A DNA stretch of 64,000 nt from Podarcis bocagei (taxonomy: Eukaryota). The DNA is taken from NCBI GenBank assembly GCA_964188305.1, contig OZ076886.1; one strand, written 5' to 3'. Positions 11,343-24,050 of this stretch are shown here, in pieces (the stretch's first letter is position 1; every line of letters begins with the position of its first letter). The notes beneath the pieces were generated by a model. That model was not told where the DNA came from. It did not search any database and saw only the letters and a program-made list of their open reading frames with translations. The translations under genes were made by a program, and so were the position numbers.

Positions 11343-14300
11343 CTGAAAAAGAGAAATGAACAAAGGCACTGAGATAGGAAAGTTGTTCATCTAAGGAGAG
11401 GTGGCTACACAGGAAGTAGATACAGCGGAGAAGGACAGAACATACTTTCTATAGAGAAAGTCTTAGCCTCAATCCCTGGCATCTCCAGGCAGGGCTGTAG
11501 AAAGACTCCTGTCTGAAACCTGCTTCCAGTCAGAATAGACAATACTGAATTAGATGGACCAATGGCCAGACAATATAAAGTAGTTTTTATGTTGCCAAGA
11601 TACGGTTGTGTTGAGGTGGTATTAGAATCTTAAAACAGCGCAGCCTCTAAGACTTGCATTGGGAAATAATTTGTTAAGGAGGGTTTATACCAACTGCTAC
11701 TCTTCTTGAATGCAATAGAAGATGAAAAGTGAGTTCTGCAATGGGTTCTGCAGCCAAACATGTTGACACAAGATATTTAGGATCAGGGTAATAGAAAGCA
11801 AAAGACCTACTTATCCGTATTACTGAAATAAAATCTGCCTCACAACAAAAATAATATTTGAATGTCCAGTTTGTTTAGAGCAGCAGAAACGTGACAGGAT
11901 TATATTCCTAGAGTTGAAGTTCTTTGCCTTTGTGTTGTTTCAGGATGCAAGGGAAAGCCTTTATCTGTGTGACTTTTTATCCTGAACTCAGACAATGTTC
12001 CTTTGCTCTTGGGATACTCCTTCCAATTGCATATTCAAGGCACTCACTACATGCAGTGATCTGGCAACAAAGGAAGCAGCTTTATACTCCTTCTCCCTCC
12101 TTGAGGCATCTACTATCACACAAACAGTACTTTAATTTTTTTTAAAAAAAGTGTTGTTATATTTTTGGAAGCCCCAATACATTCCATTCAGGGTAAGTAA
12201 ATGGAGCAAAATCTGGAAAATCCTTTAGTGCATCTCCTGTTCACTGCGCTGAGCCATCCATCTATCTTGCCATGCCTGAATGCCCCCTGTCATGTGCTAT
12301 TTGTTCCATGGCCTGTTGCCCAAAGGCCTGTCTTAAAAAACAAGATGATGCAATTTAGAGGTTTAGCCTAGTGCCGAGAGTTCAACTTGCAGCTAAATCA
12401 AAAGGAAAATTGATAGCTGGTGAGCCTAACAGGGTCTGAATTGGGAAGCAATAAGTGTATCAGACCCTGTTGTGCTTCATCACAGCAATAGGCAGCCTTG
12501 ATGTGCAGAAGGAACACCTCGTTCCTCAGCAGAGTGAGCCCATGCGTCAATGAAAGGACCTTCCTGACAGTGTTTTCCTTGTTTGCTTCACAGACTGAAG
12601 TTAAAGAGAGAGGTTATTTATAGTCTCGCCTGATCCTGTCTTCTGGAACTAATTAATTATGAATAAACATTTAATCAAAGAGGTGAACTTGGAGCATACG
12701 TAACAGATGGACTGGACATATTCAGCCATATCGTACCTAGTTGAAGTCACAATAGTTTTCATTTTCAAATTTACATTCTCCCTCTCACCTCCACCCTTCT
12801 CTATGCAAAGGTCACACTGTTTGAAAACACTTTATTCATTATTATGCCAGGATAAAATTGGCAGAGGTCTCTCCCATGAGGTCTGTTCTTAAGTATACTG
12901 GCCAGTGAGTCTATATGCTAAGTTTTTAAGAAACAGCAAAACAGTAATAAAGAATCTAATTCAGGGTCAAGTGATTTAAAATAAAATAAAAAACACTTAA
13001 GGATATTTGTCCCCTAGCTTCTTTTCCAGTTCTAGAGAGACAGGGAAGAATATGGGAAGCAAGCTTTGGGGGTGAGATTATAGTTCAGCCTATGTGTCGT
13101 AACACAGGTAACTCTTGAGAAATTCTATGGTAAGTATAATTGAGTCAACTGCTATCTTTTGATGGACAGCCATCACATGCAATGAACTATTTATATAATT
13201 AAGTAAATTTATATCCCACCCATACTCTCAAAGGAGCCCTACACCTACTGAGATAAAAACTACAGAAAATGGACATGGTTCAAAACTCTGGGGAGACTCT
13301 CGTGAAAGAAGACAAAATCCCATGGGACTCAGAACTGGAAAATGACCTGAAATTGTGATCTCTTCGCTGATGTAAACATTTTCCAGCTCATGGAAGAGAA
13401 CAAAACAATCCTTGCATATTTGAACCTCTATGAGTGCACACATTGCTACTGCTGGATGTACACAAAATATTCTTCTGTTAATGTTTAGATGAAAAGCTGC
13501 TCTGCTGTCAAAAAGTGACAAACGAAACCAAACAAAATTGAACTGATCTAACTCCTGCTGAAAGAAGAGCCAATAGTATACATGCAAGTTTCCCTTAGTT
13601 TGGAAGGGTGATCAGACATAAGATATACACATAACTTATTTACTATAATCCATATAGTCACTTTAGGCAGATACTGACCTAACAGAAATAGTTATATACT
13701 ACCAGTTTTATTGCTTGGTAGTATATGTAGTTCTATATGTTTTTCAGATCTTATTAAATGTTCTATCATGTTGTGAATCACTTCACTATTTGTTGTAATT
13801 AAAGGGCACCATATAAATAAGTCAAATAAATAAATACAAGTAGGAGACAGTTTTATGATGTATTTCTTTAAATCTGAGTAAGCGAAATGAACAAACTAAA
13901 TGATGTGCTTATGAATCTATTTCCTTGACTGCCTATATTGGTAATTCTTTAATGAAAACATGTATTTTAAAATGCCTTAATATAGGATGCAATCCAGATA
14001 GATGAAACAACCACTAAGTGTTAAGGGATTTCTGAAGCTCCCTAAAAGAACACACCACTGTTGTTTAAATTCTCCCACATTCAAAAAGTGGGGGATCTGA
14101 AAAAGAAAGCAGGAGAGGCACATGTTCACTATTTTTTCTTACAGATTTCACCTTTAAACAGTGGTTGCGCCAAATCCTCACACTTTTTTTTGCATTTGAG
14201 AGAATTGAAAGCACAACTGGAGTTTCTATGGATGTGCCTTCCAACAATTCCATATGTACATGTGGGTAGGGCGACTGGGTGTCCTCTGAATCATGGCTTG

Positions 14301-14486
14301 CAGTTTGCAACTTTTGCTTTAATTGCCGTATTTGTAGGCCATGGCATTTAATATTAGATTTCAGATGTCAATTTATCTGAGCGTCTTAGTGACATTTTCA
14401 TCTACCTTTTACAGAAAGAGGGCATATGCTACCTATGAGTGTTCTGTTCACAGACAGAGGACAGAGAGAAATGCTGTTTTCCTTAC

Positions 14487-14651
14487 CCGACACACATACT
14501 GGCTCTGTGGTCCTGGAGAAAAGGTTTTGGAACGGATAATAGTGCTGCCTCTAACAAAAGGAGTTCGTAGAGGGTTAGAAGTTCTTTTATCTTTTGGACG
14601 AACTACTGCAGAAGATTGTGCAAGACTCTCTGTGTTGGTCTCTTTATCCAC
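14487..14651 (-). CDS. WWC1: WWC1 exon 19
   Basis: tgtag|GTG...CGG|gtaag, 165 nt; [55 protein letters not shown]. Confidence 0.97.
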
Positions 14652-15637
14652 CTACAATATATATAGGGCAGAATAATATTATAGTGCATTTCAGACATGA
14701 ATCACTACCATCAAGTTTTAATTTAGAATCAGCACTTCTAAAAACACCACAGTACAGACACATACCATAACAAGAGAGAGAAAACATGAAAGTTAAAATC
14801 CAGCACAGAGTTAAACATATTTAAGGCTAAGCTCATTCATTTCAGTGTCTCAAGTGCCCTGGGTTCTGTGTTGGAATTATGGACTATAAAATTTGTAAAT
14901 ACAATTTTATGTAAGAAATTAGTACTGGCTGGAAGCTGAGGGGGCAGGGTGCCAAAAGGAAATGACAGGAGAAACAGAATCCAGGAGCTCTCCTTGTAAA
15001 ACTACTAACATAGAAATATAAGCCTGTTCAACAACTTCCTAGATTTGCTTGAGAAAACAGATAACTGTGCATGGAAGCATGAACGTAACCTGGTTTGCCT
15101 ATGCAAATATTTGTTTGTGCTGCCAAGGTCATACAGGTATACTGCATTCTTTGACAGCAATATATTTGGGCAGAGTTTGCTGGCCTGATTCACCTAATCT
15201 CATTACTGAAGACTTACATGATTCTCTTCTAACAACAAATCAGGGACTTTCAACTAGTTCGGAATGTGAAGTTTCACCCTACAGTAAGAGTGCTACAGAA
15301 GCTACTTAACTCACTTGGCAATAATGTTTGCAGGCTACAGTGAAAAACAAAACAAAATAAACATCAGACCCAATACTGAATGTCTCTCGCTTCCTCCCTT
15401 CTTACCTTCTGTATGCTAAATGCTTGTATTCCACTATTTCCCTGATGCGTTCACAACTAAGCATGTGCTGTGTGAAGCCTAGCAAACAATTCACAAGCAA
15501 ATGGAAAACGAAAAAGCTCGATTCTATCATGTTAGAGGTGAAACAAGGGCACTGTAGCAATAACATAGTGCTTAAGTCAGCTTGTCCTTCTAATCACCTG
15601 CTTACATAGGACTCTGCGTTCCTTGTGCTTTCTTTAC

Positions 15638-15785
15638 CTTGATGGCTGCTGACTCAGCCAGTGACAAGGATGTGGTCTCTTCTGTTTCCCATATTGCCCT
15701 TCCACTATAAAACTCTCCTCCTCCTCCTTCTTCTTCTTCTTCATTTTCACTGTTGCCATCTTGCTCAGCATCTTCTTCATCTTGC
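15638..15785 (-). CDS. WWC1: WWC1 exon 18 (glutamate-rich)
   Basis: aacag|G CAA...AAG|gtaaa, 148 nt; QDEEDAEQDGNSENEEEEEGGGGEFY...AAIK; phases fit exons 17 and 19. Confidence 0.9.
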
Positions 15786-16910
15786 CTGTTACATAACAAA
15801 ACTTCACTGTGAATAGGCAAAGCACCCTTGGAACACCAACCGTAAGAGCTTTGGCAAAGCTAACAGTATTCTCAGACAAAGTGAGCATAATTTCTACAGC
15901 ACTATGAAATGCACCGCAATGCTATATAATACAGTGGCATGAGCACGCTACTAGTTAAAGGGAGAATAAATTTGGACTTATCAGTGTGATACACCACATT
16001 CCACACCATACCTCATTCATCCTTTGTGAGGTCCTAAAAACAACAACTCAGAACTACTACCCAGGAAGAGAAACCCCAAACAATCCTTCCACATGGTGTC
16101 ACTGCATGCAGCAAGTTGTACTGTTTGTACTAGGACTTATCACATTAGTCATCTAGGTTGCATAGAATATAGTCATCAGGGATATGAGTCACCAACTGTG
16201 AATACACTTCACTGTACTAGTGAAGTGTATTCACAGTTTGTATTTGTATTCACACAGTTTAATACAAATGTTGTGCGCTTCCATGTCAATATGCAACAAA
16301 GGTCTGCAAAAGGTACGTATAAGATGGGTTGGGCTTAGCCCAAGCCCAAGAGGTTATAAACAGAACATTTAGAATGAGTATTTCACTTGCCTTATACGTA
16401 TGAATAAAGTGATCATCAGACACAATCTGGCTCAAAAGGGCAATCACAGAGATTCTTTTTTGAACTTACTAAAAGCACAGCTTCAGCATTTCTGGGAACA
16501 CCTTAGCAGTTTTTTTATCTAACTAATTTAAACAAATTAAACTGATTAGGCTACACTCTGTTGTGACACACTAATAATGGAATAAACTAGAGCCTATGCA
16601 TTAAATTTAGGTAAAAATATAAAATACGGTTTCTTCAAAAATTAGAAGTGTAAAGGTTGACTTCTAAAAGTTAAGAATTTAGCTTTTAACCTTGTTATCT
16701 CCTTCATTTCTGAAAAATGAAAAATGGTTAGAGAGAAATATGGGGAATTCAGGGAAGGGTATGGGCAAAATTGCTACCACAATAGTGACAAAACCTTTTG
16801 ACTACATGTTGTCTCCTTAAATTCAACTCTTTCCTTTTTACTATTATCATAAAAGCCCACAGAAACTACAGCACTGCAGTGTTGTAATACAACAGCTTCA
16901 TATCACTTAC

Positions 16911-17011
16911 CAGTTCTCACTAGTAAGTAAAGTGCTCCTGCTTTCTTCTAGCTTTTTCTCTACAGCTTCGAGTTCAACAGCGGTCTGTTCCAGCAGTGCA
17001 GATACAGAGTC
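16911..17011 (-). CDS. WWC1: WWC1 exon 17
   Basis: cacag|GAC...TG|gtaagt, 101 nt; DSVSALLEQTAVELEAVEKKLEESRSTLLTSEN(W). Confidence 0.95.
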
Positions 17012-17157
17012 CTGTGGGGAATGAGTTAATGACATTGTTATTTCTTAATGTCCATTTAGTTTCAACAGAAGCTATCATTACTGAAACCCAGAGAATAGTA
17101 TTCTGCCAGCTAAGTACACAGTTTAGCGAAAAACTTCACATTTTCTGAGAGGAGTTA

Positions 17158-17823
17158 CCATATTTTTCTGTGTGTAAGACGCCCTAGTGTATAAGATGAT
17201 CCCTATTTTTTGAACCCAAAATTAAGAAAACAAAACTCTAAAACAGAAGTGAAAATCTGGACGATCGGCAGTGGCGGCAGAAAGTTGTTGATACGGTTTT
17301 TGGCTGAGTGTTCTCAAAATTTCCAGCGTGAGGTACATGCAGTAGTACAGAAGTAAAGGCAGCAGCACCCCTTCGGTGGCTGTGGAGAAGTGATGGGCAA
17401 GAAGCTCCCAAGCAGGATGCCAAGGCCCACTCTGTGCCAGGCCATGCAGTCAAGCAAACCAAGCCGAGGAAGGCGGGGAGCGGCCCAAGGGCGGGGCGGG
17501 GGTTTGAGGGAGAGAGAGAAAAGGAAAGAAGGGTGAGGAGAGGTAGCCGAGGCAGCTCTCGGCAGTGGCTGCTCTCCCTCTGGTGGTAGAGCTAAGAGTG
17601 GCTGCAGGAGGTGAGCTAACTGCCAGTGCGCAGCCAGCAGGGAAAGGAGAAGGAGGGGACGGTGGCAGGAGGGACTGCCTCAGCCTGCCCAAGCCAAAGT
17701 CCCAGACATTTGCTTAAATATTTTAAAAATCCCCCCAGATGCCCATGTTCTGTGTATAAGATGACCCCCAATTTTTAAACTATTTTTTTGAAAACAAAAC
17801 CCGTTATACATGGGAAAATGTGG
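17158..17823. mobile_element. Tc1/mariner (Tc2/Kanga-like) non-autonomous element, diverged
   Basis: TA|ccatatttttc...gaaaatgtgg|TA; GC-rich interior. Confidence 0.65.
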
Positions 17824-17906
17824 TATATTTCAGACCCACAAATCTGAGGTTTTGTCTTCTATCCTAGTGTGGCTTCTGCAAAACATCTTCATTCATAAGT
17901 TATTAC

Positions 17907-18056
17907 CATTTTTTCAGTGCAGGGTAGTTTGGAACAGACATCATCTTGCTTATTTTTACTTTGCGCCTGCAGGTATTTATAGCTAAGGAGGTTATACCAA
18001 CGCGTTGACCTCTCTCCAGATTTGCAAGTCTCAGCGAGGCTAATTTGTGCACCTCC
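17907..18056 (-). CDS. WWC1: WWC1 exon 16 (C2 domain end)
   Basis: tgcag|GGA...ATG|gtaat, 150 nt; GGAQISLAETCKSGERSTRWYNLLSYKYLQ... Confidence 0.96.
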
Positions 18057-18840
18057 CTGCAGGAAAAAAAAAAACAGCAATGGACATCTTCATAACATTC
18101 AAATAGCAATGAAAACAAATGTTGAGAGAAATGCATGACCTTGAGGTACGTATATAATTTTCCTTCCCTTGCAATTTCTGCATTACACAGATAACGATTT
18201 CCATAATTGCAGCAGCACCTTTTTCAGCTGCCAGCCCCACAGTGGGGAAGTCACACCGGCAGTAGCTACAAGCATGCCTGGCAAGACCAGTTTGCAGAAA
18301 TAGCACTTTGGCGTGAGTGCAACCCCTGCTTCAAGCGCCATGGGCACTCCCAGGATATTTGTGTTGGGATCCACTTTTGAATATCAACTGACCCATGCAG
18401 ACACACAAATAAGTCGCTTCAGTAAGCACTGCCTGCTGCAACTGCCGGCAGTCCCATATGCTCCCAAGGTGCTTGTGAGTGTACCATCATTAAGAGAGAA
18501 CCAAATGCAAGTGTGCAACCTTATGGCAAGAACTTTAAGTCATGCATTCATAAATTCATTGTGACAGAAGAAGACCAGTGCTAAAAATAACAATAGATAC
18601 ATAAATCTGTAATTTTTGTTCTGCTTAGGTTTTATTAACAGTTTTATGCTGGCTTCATGTTTATAGTCGCTACTATTATAACAATCTACAAAAATGCAAA
18701 TACAACACGCTGGCTAATAACTGTTAGTGAATATATAATCGGTTATGATATCATTCAAAATATACGAATAAGCCACTTCAATATGATGTATATATATCAT
18801 AGAACACATCTCACAAAATATAGGGATGCGGGTTGTTATA

Positions 18841-19185
18841 GGGATGCGGGTGGCGCTGTGAGTTAAACCACAGAGCCTAGGACTTGCCGATCAGAAGGTC
18901 GGCGGTTCAAATCCCTGTGATGGGGTGAGCTCCCGTTGCTCGGTCCCTGCTCCTGCCAACCTAGCAGTTTGAAAGCACGTCAAAGTGCAAGTAGATAAAT
19001 AGGTACCACTCCGGCGGGAAGGTAAATGGCGTTTCCATGCGCTGCTCTGGTTCACCAGAAGCAGCTTATTCATGCTGGCCACATGACCCGGAAGCTCCCT
19101 TGGCCAATAAATCGAGATGAGCGCCGTAACCCCAGAGTCGGTCACGACTGGAACTAATGGTCAGGGGTCCCTTTACCGTTACATT
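18841..19185 (+). mobile_element. Sauria SINE (near full length)
   Basis: gggatgcgggtggcgctgtg...ggtcaggggtccctttacc; near-identical to 36818-37161. Confidence 0.92.
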
Positions 19186-19492
19186 TATATGTATCAGAGT
19201 CAAACAAAGAATCAAACAAATCAATGAACAGCGAGGAACACCAAGCCGTCTCTCAAAGTAAGACGTCTCTCTTATAACAGATGTCTCTATTATAACAGGC
19301 CGCAATCCTAAGCCCATATACCTAGGAACAAGCACCATGGGACTAAATGGGACTTGCTTTTGAGTAGACATGGTTAGGATTACAGCTCTAGTTGTTTAAT
19401 ATATGAGCTTGTTTTCATTGGTTTGCAGTTTGTATTATCCTTGTATCAATAAACACTGATACAAATACCTTAAAAGGAGGGGTATAACGGCA

Positions 19493-19493
<1 letters not shown>

Positions 19494-19524
<31 letters not shown>

Positions 19525-19525
19525 A
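19494..19525. repeat. (TAAA)n microsatellite
   Basis: Direct reading. Confidence 0.9.
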
Positions 19526-19658
19526 ATTATTACTTTCCAGAAAATAGTTACAAATTTCTGTCTGATAATGTAATAGTTATACAGGGAACCCTAACTATCA
19601 GTCAAATGATAGTTTAAACACTAAAAGCATTAAGCCAACAGCATAAACAAACACTAAC

Positions 19659-19851
19659 CAAGCATTCTTCAAGGTGGTACTTATTCAAAGCGCAGACATC
19701 AATCCTTAATGTCTTCTGTCGTAATACAGAATAAGGGATTGCAACGCAAAATAATTCATTGTAAATTAGATTGTCTGATGCTTCCATTAGGCTTGTGCGG
19801 AACAAACAGCTTGTGCTTTCAGAAGAAGGAAGAATAGCCACACGAACACTC
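19659..19851 (-). CDS. WWC1: WWC1 exon 15 (C2 domain)
   Basis: aacag|G AGT...TTG|gttag, 193 nt; [19 protein letters not shown]...[20 protein letters not shown]. Confidence 0.96.
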
Positions 19852-20501
19852 CTGTTGAAAAATAGCTATAATCAGCATTATTTACTTTACAAGCATATGT
19901 GGAGAATATTACAGTTCAGCACAGCGTCCCCACACAAGAACTTAGCATAAGCAACAGGATCAATCCCAAATATAATAATGAGCACTATACTGCTGTATAC
20001 TTGCCCTGAAACAGTAGCCATATTGTAGACCTGCTATTTTACAACGTCTAATTATTTCAGCAGGGTTTCTGTTGGATAGCTATCATACAGAGCTGGCAAG
20101 ATGAAATATATGAAAGTTCATTTATTAGCATAATTTAGTCAGAAATTAAAGACAGGAAGATTGTGTACGAGCTACAGGCATGTGAAAATATCTGGGAAAG
20201 ACTGTCTAAAAACCTCTGTTTCTGTCTTGGATTATTTTCTCCCATCTTTTGTACACAGACAGAAGAGAGACAGAAAACTGTGATGAGCCACATAATCTAC
20301 ATAAAGCAAACAACAGCTTGCTGAAATTCCCTTATGGGAAGACATTAGGACAGATAATTATCCAGTTTCCCAGAACTATTCATTACTATTCTTTTACAGA
20401 GAAAAACATTTACAAATAGACTATAATCAGATAATGCATGCATTAATCCATTAAACCATTTATTAACTCCAGTTTATGCTTAATCTTGACTACTATAGTT
20501 A

Positions 20502-20670
20502 CCGTATTTTTTGCACCATAACACTCACTTTTTTCCTCCTAGAAAGTAAGGGGAAATGTCTGTGTGTGTTATGGAGGAAATGCCTACAGGTGGCATGCAT
20601 ACGAATTTTCCTCCTCTAAAAACTACGTGCGTGTTATGGTCGGGTGCGTGTTATAGAGCGAAAAATACGG
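20502..20670. mobile_element. Tc2/Kanga-like MITE (shortest copy)
   Basis: TA|CCGTATTTTT...AAAAATACGG|TA. Confidence 0.85.
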
Positions 20671-20966
20671 TAATTTCCTCTGCTTCCGAGAAAATATTTT
20701 CAAGACGAGTACTCTTTAAAAGCAAACCAAGCTGGGTCAGTTAATGCTTTTAACATTTGCGGCTTTGCTTGTATGGGCTCCATGGAAGTTTCCTTCTAAC
20801 TTTTGTATTTTACAGAGGCTTCTTTTGTACCAGCTGAGCTATTCAATGAGGACAGATAGAAGGACAATCTGTGATTGTTACAGCTACTAAACCCCATGCT
20901 CTGCTAAGTCCTGTACCAGCCAAGGCGGAAAAGGCAGAGTAGCTGGAGGAAAAGAGGTTTCCCAGC

Positions 20967-21079
20967 CAGTGGCGTAGCGTGGGGAGTGCGGGGGGGGCCG
21001 ACAACATCTGGGGGTTAGGGTTAGGGGGCGCAAATTACTTGCCTTGCCCCGGGTGCTGACAACCCACGCTACGCCACTG
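20967..21079. mobile_element. hAT MITE with TTAGGG repeats
   Basis: 17-bp TIR as in 4935-5102; perfect 8-bp TSD ttcccagc (20959-20966 / 21080-21087). Confidence 0.92.
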
Positions 21080-21288
21080 TTCCCAGCATTACAGCGGTGT
21101 ACTCCCCTCTTCTACCCCACTCCTTAAACTGGGTGTGTGTCAAGTGAATGGGAATGCTTTGGATCCAGCACTACTGAAATTATGATTCAGCAGAGCATCC
21201 AATTATACCAATATATACCACTGCATTGTGAAATTTACCATCCTATTTCCTGTGTATGGGTTGTATCCAATGCTAGTGAAAGAACTTC

Positions 21289-21505
21289 GAAGAAAAAAGC
21301 ACACCAAGAACTCAGGCCAATGTAAGTTTCAATGGTGCGAGTGGTCCCTACTCACAAATCAATAGTACCAAAAACTAATCCACTCAAAAGTATGTATTCT
21401 GACAAGAATTACAAATTCAAATAGAGATTGAAACTTACATTGGCCTGAGTTCTTGGTATGCTTTTTTCTTGGTATATTTAATAACAAGAACTCCAACTTA
21501 TTTTA
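21289..21505. mobile_element. Insertion with a 44-bp inverted repeat and 14-bp TSD (possible Penelope-like retroelement end)
   Basis: TSD agtgaaagaacttc (21275-21288 / 21506-21519); arms 21290-21333 and 21427-21470, 43/44 identical. Confidence 0.65.
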
Positions 21506-21928
21506 AGTGAAAGAACTTCTGCATCTGCAATAGGACTTCCTCTCCTCCATCCTGAACACTCACCCCACTTTGCTTTGGGTTTCCCACTATCCCTCCAGAG
21601 TGAATTTTTTTTGGGGGGGGAGGTTAGGGGTGTGCAGGAAGTGGGGTGGAAGTCCCATTGCACAAGCAGAAGTCCTTTATGCTAGATAGAGTAGTTTGCT
21701 GTTTGGTTCCTCACACTAGAGGATAATGAGTAGCCATAATGTTCAGTTATGGAGATTATACCCCAAAAGAGTGATGTAGTGTGGAAACTCTTATTTCGTA
21801 CATTTGGAAGCACTATTCTTTTCATTTCAAGTTAAATTGTGAATGCATTCTGGGAGTGGGGACTTTAATTTAATATAATTTTTGTACCTATAAAGCACTA
21901 TAGCTGACTTAACAAGCGCAATCCTATA

Positions 21929-22147
21929 CAGTGGAACCTTGGTTCTTGAACGCTTTGGTATTCGAACATTTTGGCTCCCGAATGCCGAAAACCTTGAAGT
22001 AAGTGTTCTGGTTTTCAAACGTTTTTCGGAAGCCAAACATCTGACGCAACTGTCGGTTATTGTTTCTGGGGCGCCTTGTTTTTCAAACGTTTCAGAAGTT
22101 GAACAGACTTCCAGCATGGATTACGTTTGACAACCAAGGTACCACTG
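21929..22147. mobile_element. Tigger-like Tc1/mariner MITE
   Basis: TA|cagtggaaccttggtt...aaccaaggtaccactg|TA. Confidence 0.85.
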
Positions 22148-22589
22148 TATATGTCTATTCAGAACCAAGTCCCTTCCCATGTTCAGTGGTGCTTACTCCC
22201 ATGTAAATGTGTATAGGATTGCAGCCCAACAAGACTCCTTAACTAAAGTTTAGGGTAACAACAACATCAACAACAACAAACAGTTTTACTTCACAACTGA
22301 AGTAAACATATTTGGGAAATCACACTTGCAAGCAATAAAATGGATCCTTTATGAGCTGGTCAATTGCCTTCATAACAAATTAGCCCAAAGACAATAAATC
22401 TGCAAAAGCACACAGGAATGAAACAAATTTTAGAAAATAATTCCAATTTCCTATGCCATATGCTAAAGTTGGCACTTATCTATCTTTTGATTGTCAGCTT
22501 ATTCAATACTGATTTCTCTGTCTCCCTCTCCCCCTCTCCTTCCCACAATCTTATACAGGCATGTCCAGCATGTCATTCCACTTACTTAC

Positions 22590-22676
22590 ACTTTCTGGTC
22601 TTGCTGTGGCAGGAGAACAGGCACATTATTCATCTGGGCAACTAATATTGCAAACTGCTTATTTTTCTCATCATAC
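22590..22676 (-). CDS. WWC1: WWC1 exon 14 (C2 domain)
   Basis: tttag|G TAT...GT|gtaag, 87 nt; YDEKNKQFAILVAQMNNVPVLLPQQDQKV. Confidence 0.96.
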
Positions 22677-23408
22677 CTAAATTGGAAAATAAAGAGAAAA
22701 TATAACTGTAGGCAGTGTTAGAAATGACCCTAATCACAAAAGAGGTTGTCGATATTCTAAGACACTTTCTGATTTTCAGAGCTGTGTACTCTTAGACTAG
22801 CCGAAAACAGTAGAACTCACTTCTGAATGCACACACATAGGATTGGACTACAGGTCTACAACCACAATAATATTTACCAGCAAACACAGTGGGATTTAAT
22901 TTAAGTAATTAAGTTTAGGATTAGGGAGAGACAAAATTGCTAGATGGAGTGACAAAACTTTTTGGCAAATCAGAATTAATTTACTCAGGGGTCCATTAAA
23001 ATGCAAAATAGGACTGGGAAATTCACTTTCTGCCTATAATAGTGAATACAAATGTTTAACATTGTTAACAATATGGTGGAGGGAAATGTATTCAAAGCAG
23101 GCAGCCCATCATGCAGTTAGATTTCCCCCACAACTTACACTATGCTGAAATAAGCAAGGGATACTGTATTAAGAAGTACCAGAGGCCTGTACTCTGAGGC
23201 CCTGTCATCAAGTCAGCAACATTCCCCCATCAACACCACAGATACGCAAATCCAAAAAATATTTTTATGCCATTTATTTAACTAAATATTACATGAAATG
23301 TTGAACACTGAAAGTTATTTGCACAATATAAAAGACTCCAGAGTGGGAGAAGTATTGGAAATGAATTAAGATATTAGTTCAAAACACTGGAGAAATAACT
23401 CAGCTTAC

Positions 23409-23483
23409 TTCATTGAAATTTGAACTTTAGCAGTCTTAGTTGCATCTTCGTTGTCAAACACAACAGCTTCTGGCACACAAGGC
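23409..23483 (-). CDS. WWC1: WWC1 exon 13
   Basis: tccag|G CCT...AA|gtaag, 75 nt; PCVPEAVVFDNEDATKTAKVQISM(K). Confidence 0.92.
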
Positions 23484-23565
23484 CTGGAAAAAAGAGAACA
23501 TTTAGATGGCATAAAGTCTGCAATACTGGGGTTGAGTTGGGCGAATCATTCCACACAAAAAAATA

Positions 23566-23869
23566 CTGTATTCTTCCAGTTATTAGACGAGGATTGACTC
23601 AAAAATCATGTCAAAAAACTGAGGTCGTCCTATACATAGATTGAGTGGGGGGAGAAGCAGTGCGCCTGCCAGCCAGTTGGCGGGAGCGCAACTTCCCCTG
23701 ATGCCACTATGCGCGGGAAACCATGTAGGGAGTGTTTCCTGCCTACAGCTGCGTGGGGGAGAGAAGCTCAACAACTCTGGGTCATCTCCCCTCATTTTCT
23801 TAAAATTGAGTCCGCAAAAATAGGGGGAGGTCTTATACATGGGGGTGTCTTATAGATGGAAAAATACAG
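23566..23869. mobile_element. Tc2/Kanga-like MITE filling most of intron 12
   Basis: TA|ctgtattcttcca...tggaaaaatacag|TA. Confidence 0.75.
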
Positions 23870-23941
23870 TAAATCCTGGAAGCTCCCTTGTCGCACTGTC
23901 TGATTTGGTTAGGATGTATACCATGTAATACATAAGAGTAC

Positions 23942-24050
23942 CTTTGCACCGATGCTTCATACACTCCACTGTCTCCAGCCACAGACTCATCTGACACTGC
24001 AGCTGATACACAGGCTGTCTTCAGTGCAGCTCCTTCAACCATACTTACAC
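23942..24050 (-). CDS. WWC1: WWC1 exon 12
   Basis: tgtag|GT...AG|gtact, 109 nt; VSMVEGAALKTACVSAAVSDESVAGDSGVYEASVQ. Confidence 0.97.

Noticed and set aside
15090-15098. 9-nt in-frame microexon candidate (ANQ) in intron 18
   Set aside because: Poor polypyrimidine tract and weak donor gttacg; likely chance.
15606-15637. Downstream donor AT|gtaagc as the main end of exon 18
   Set aside because: Adds 32 nt and breaks frame with exon 19; the 15638 donor keeps phase and homology.
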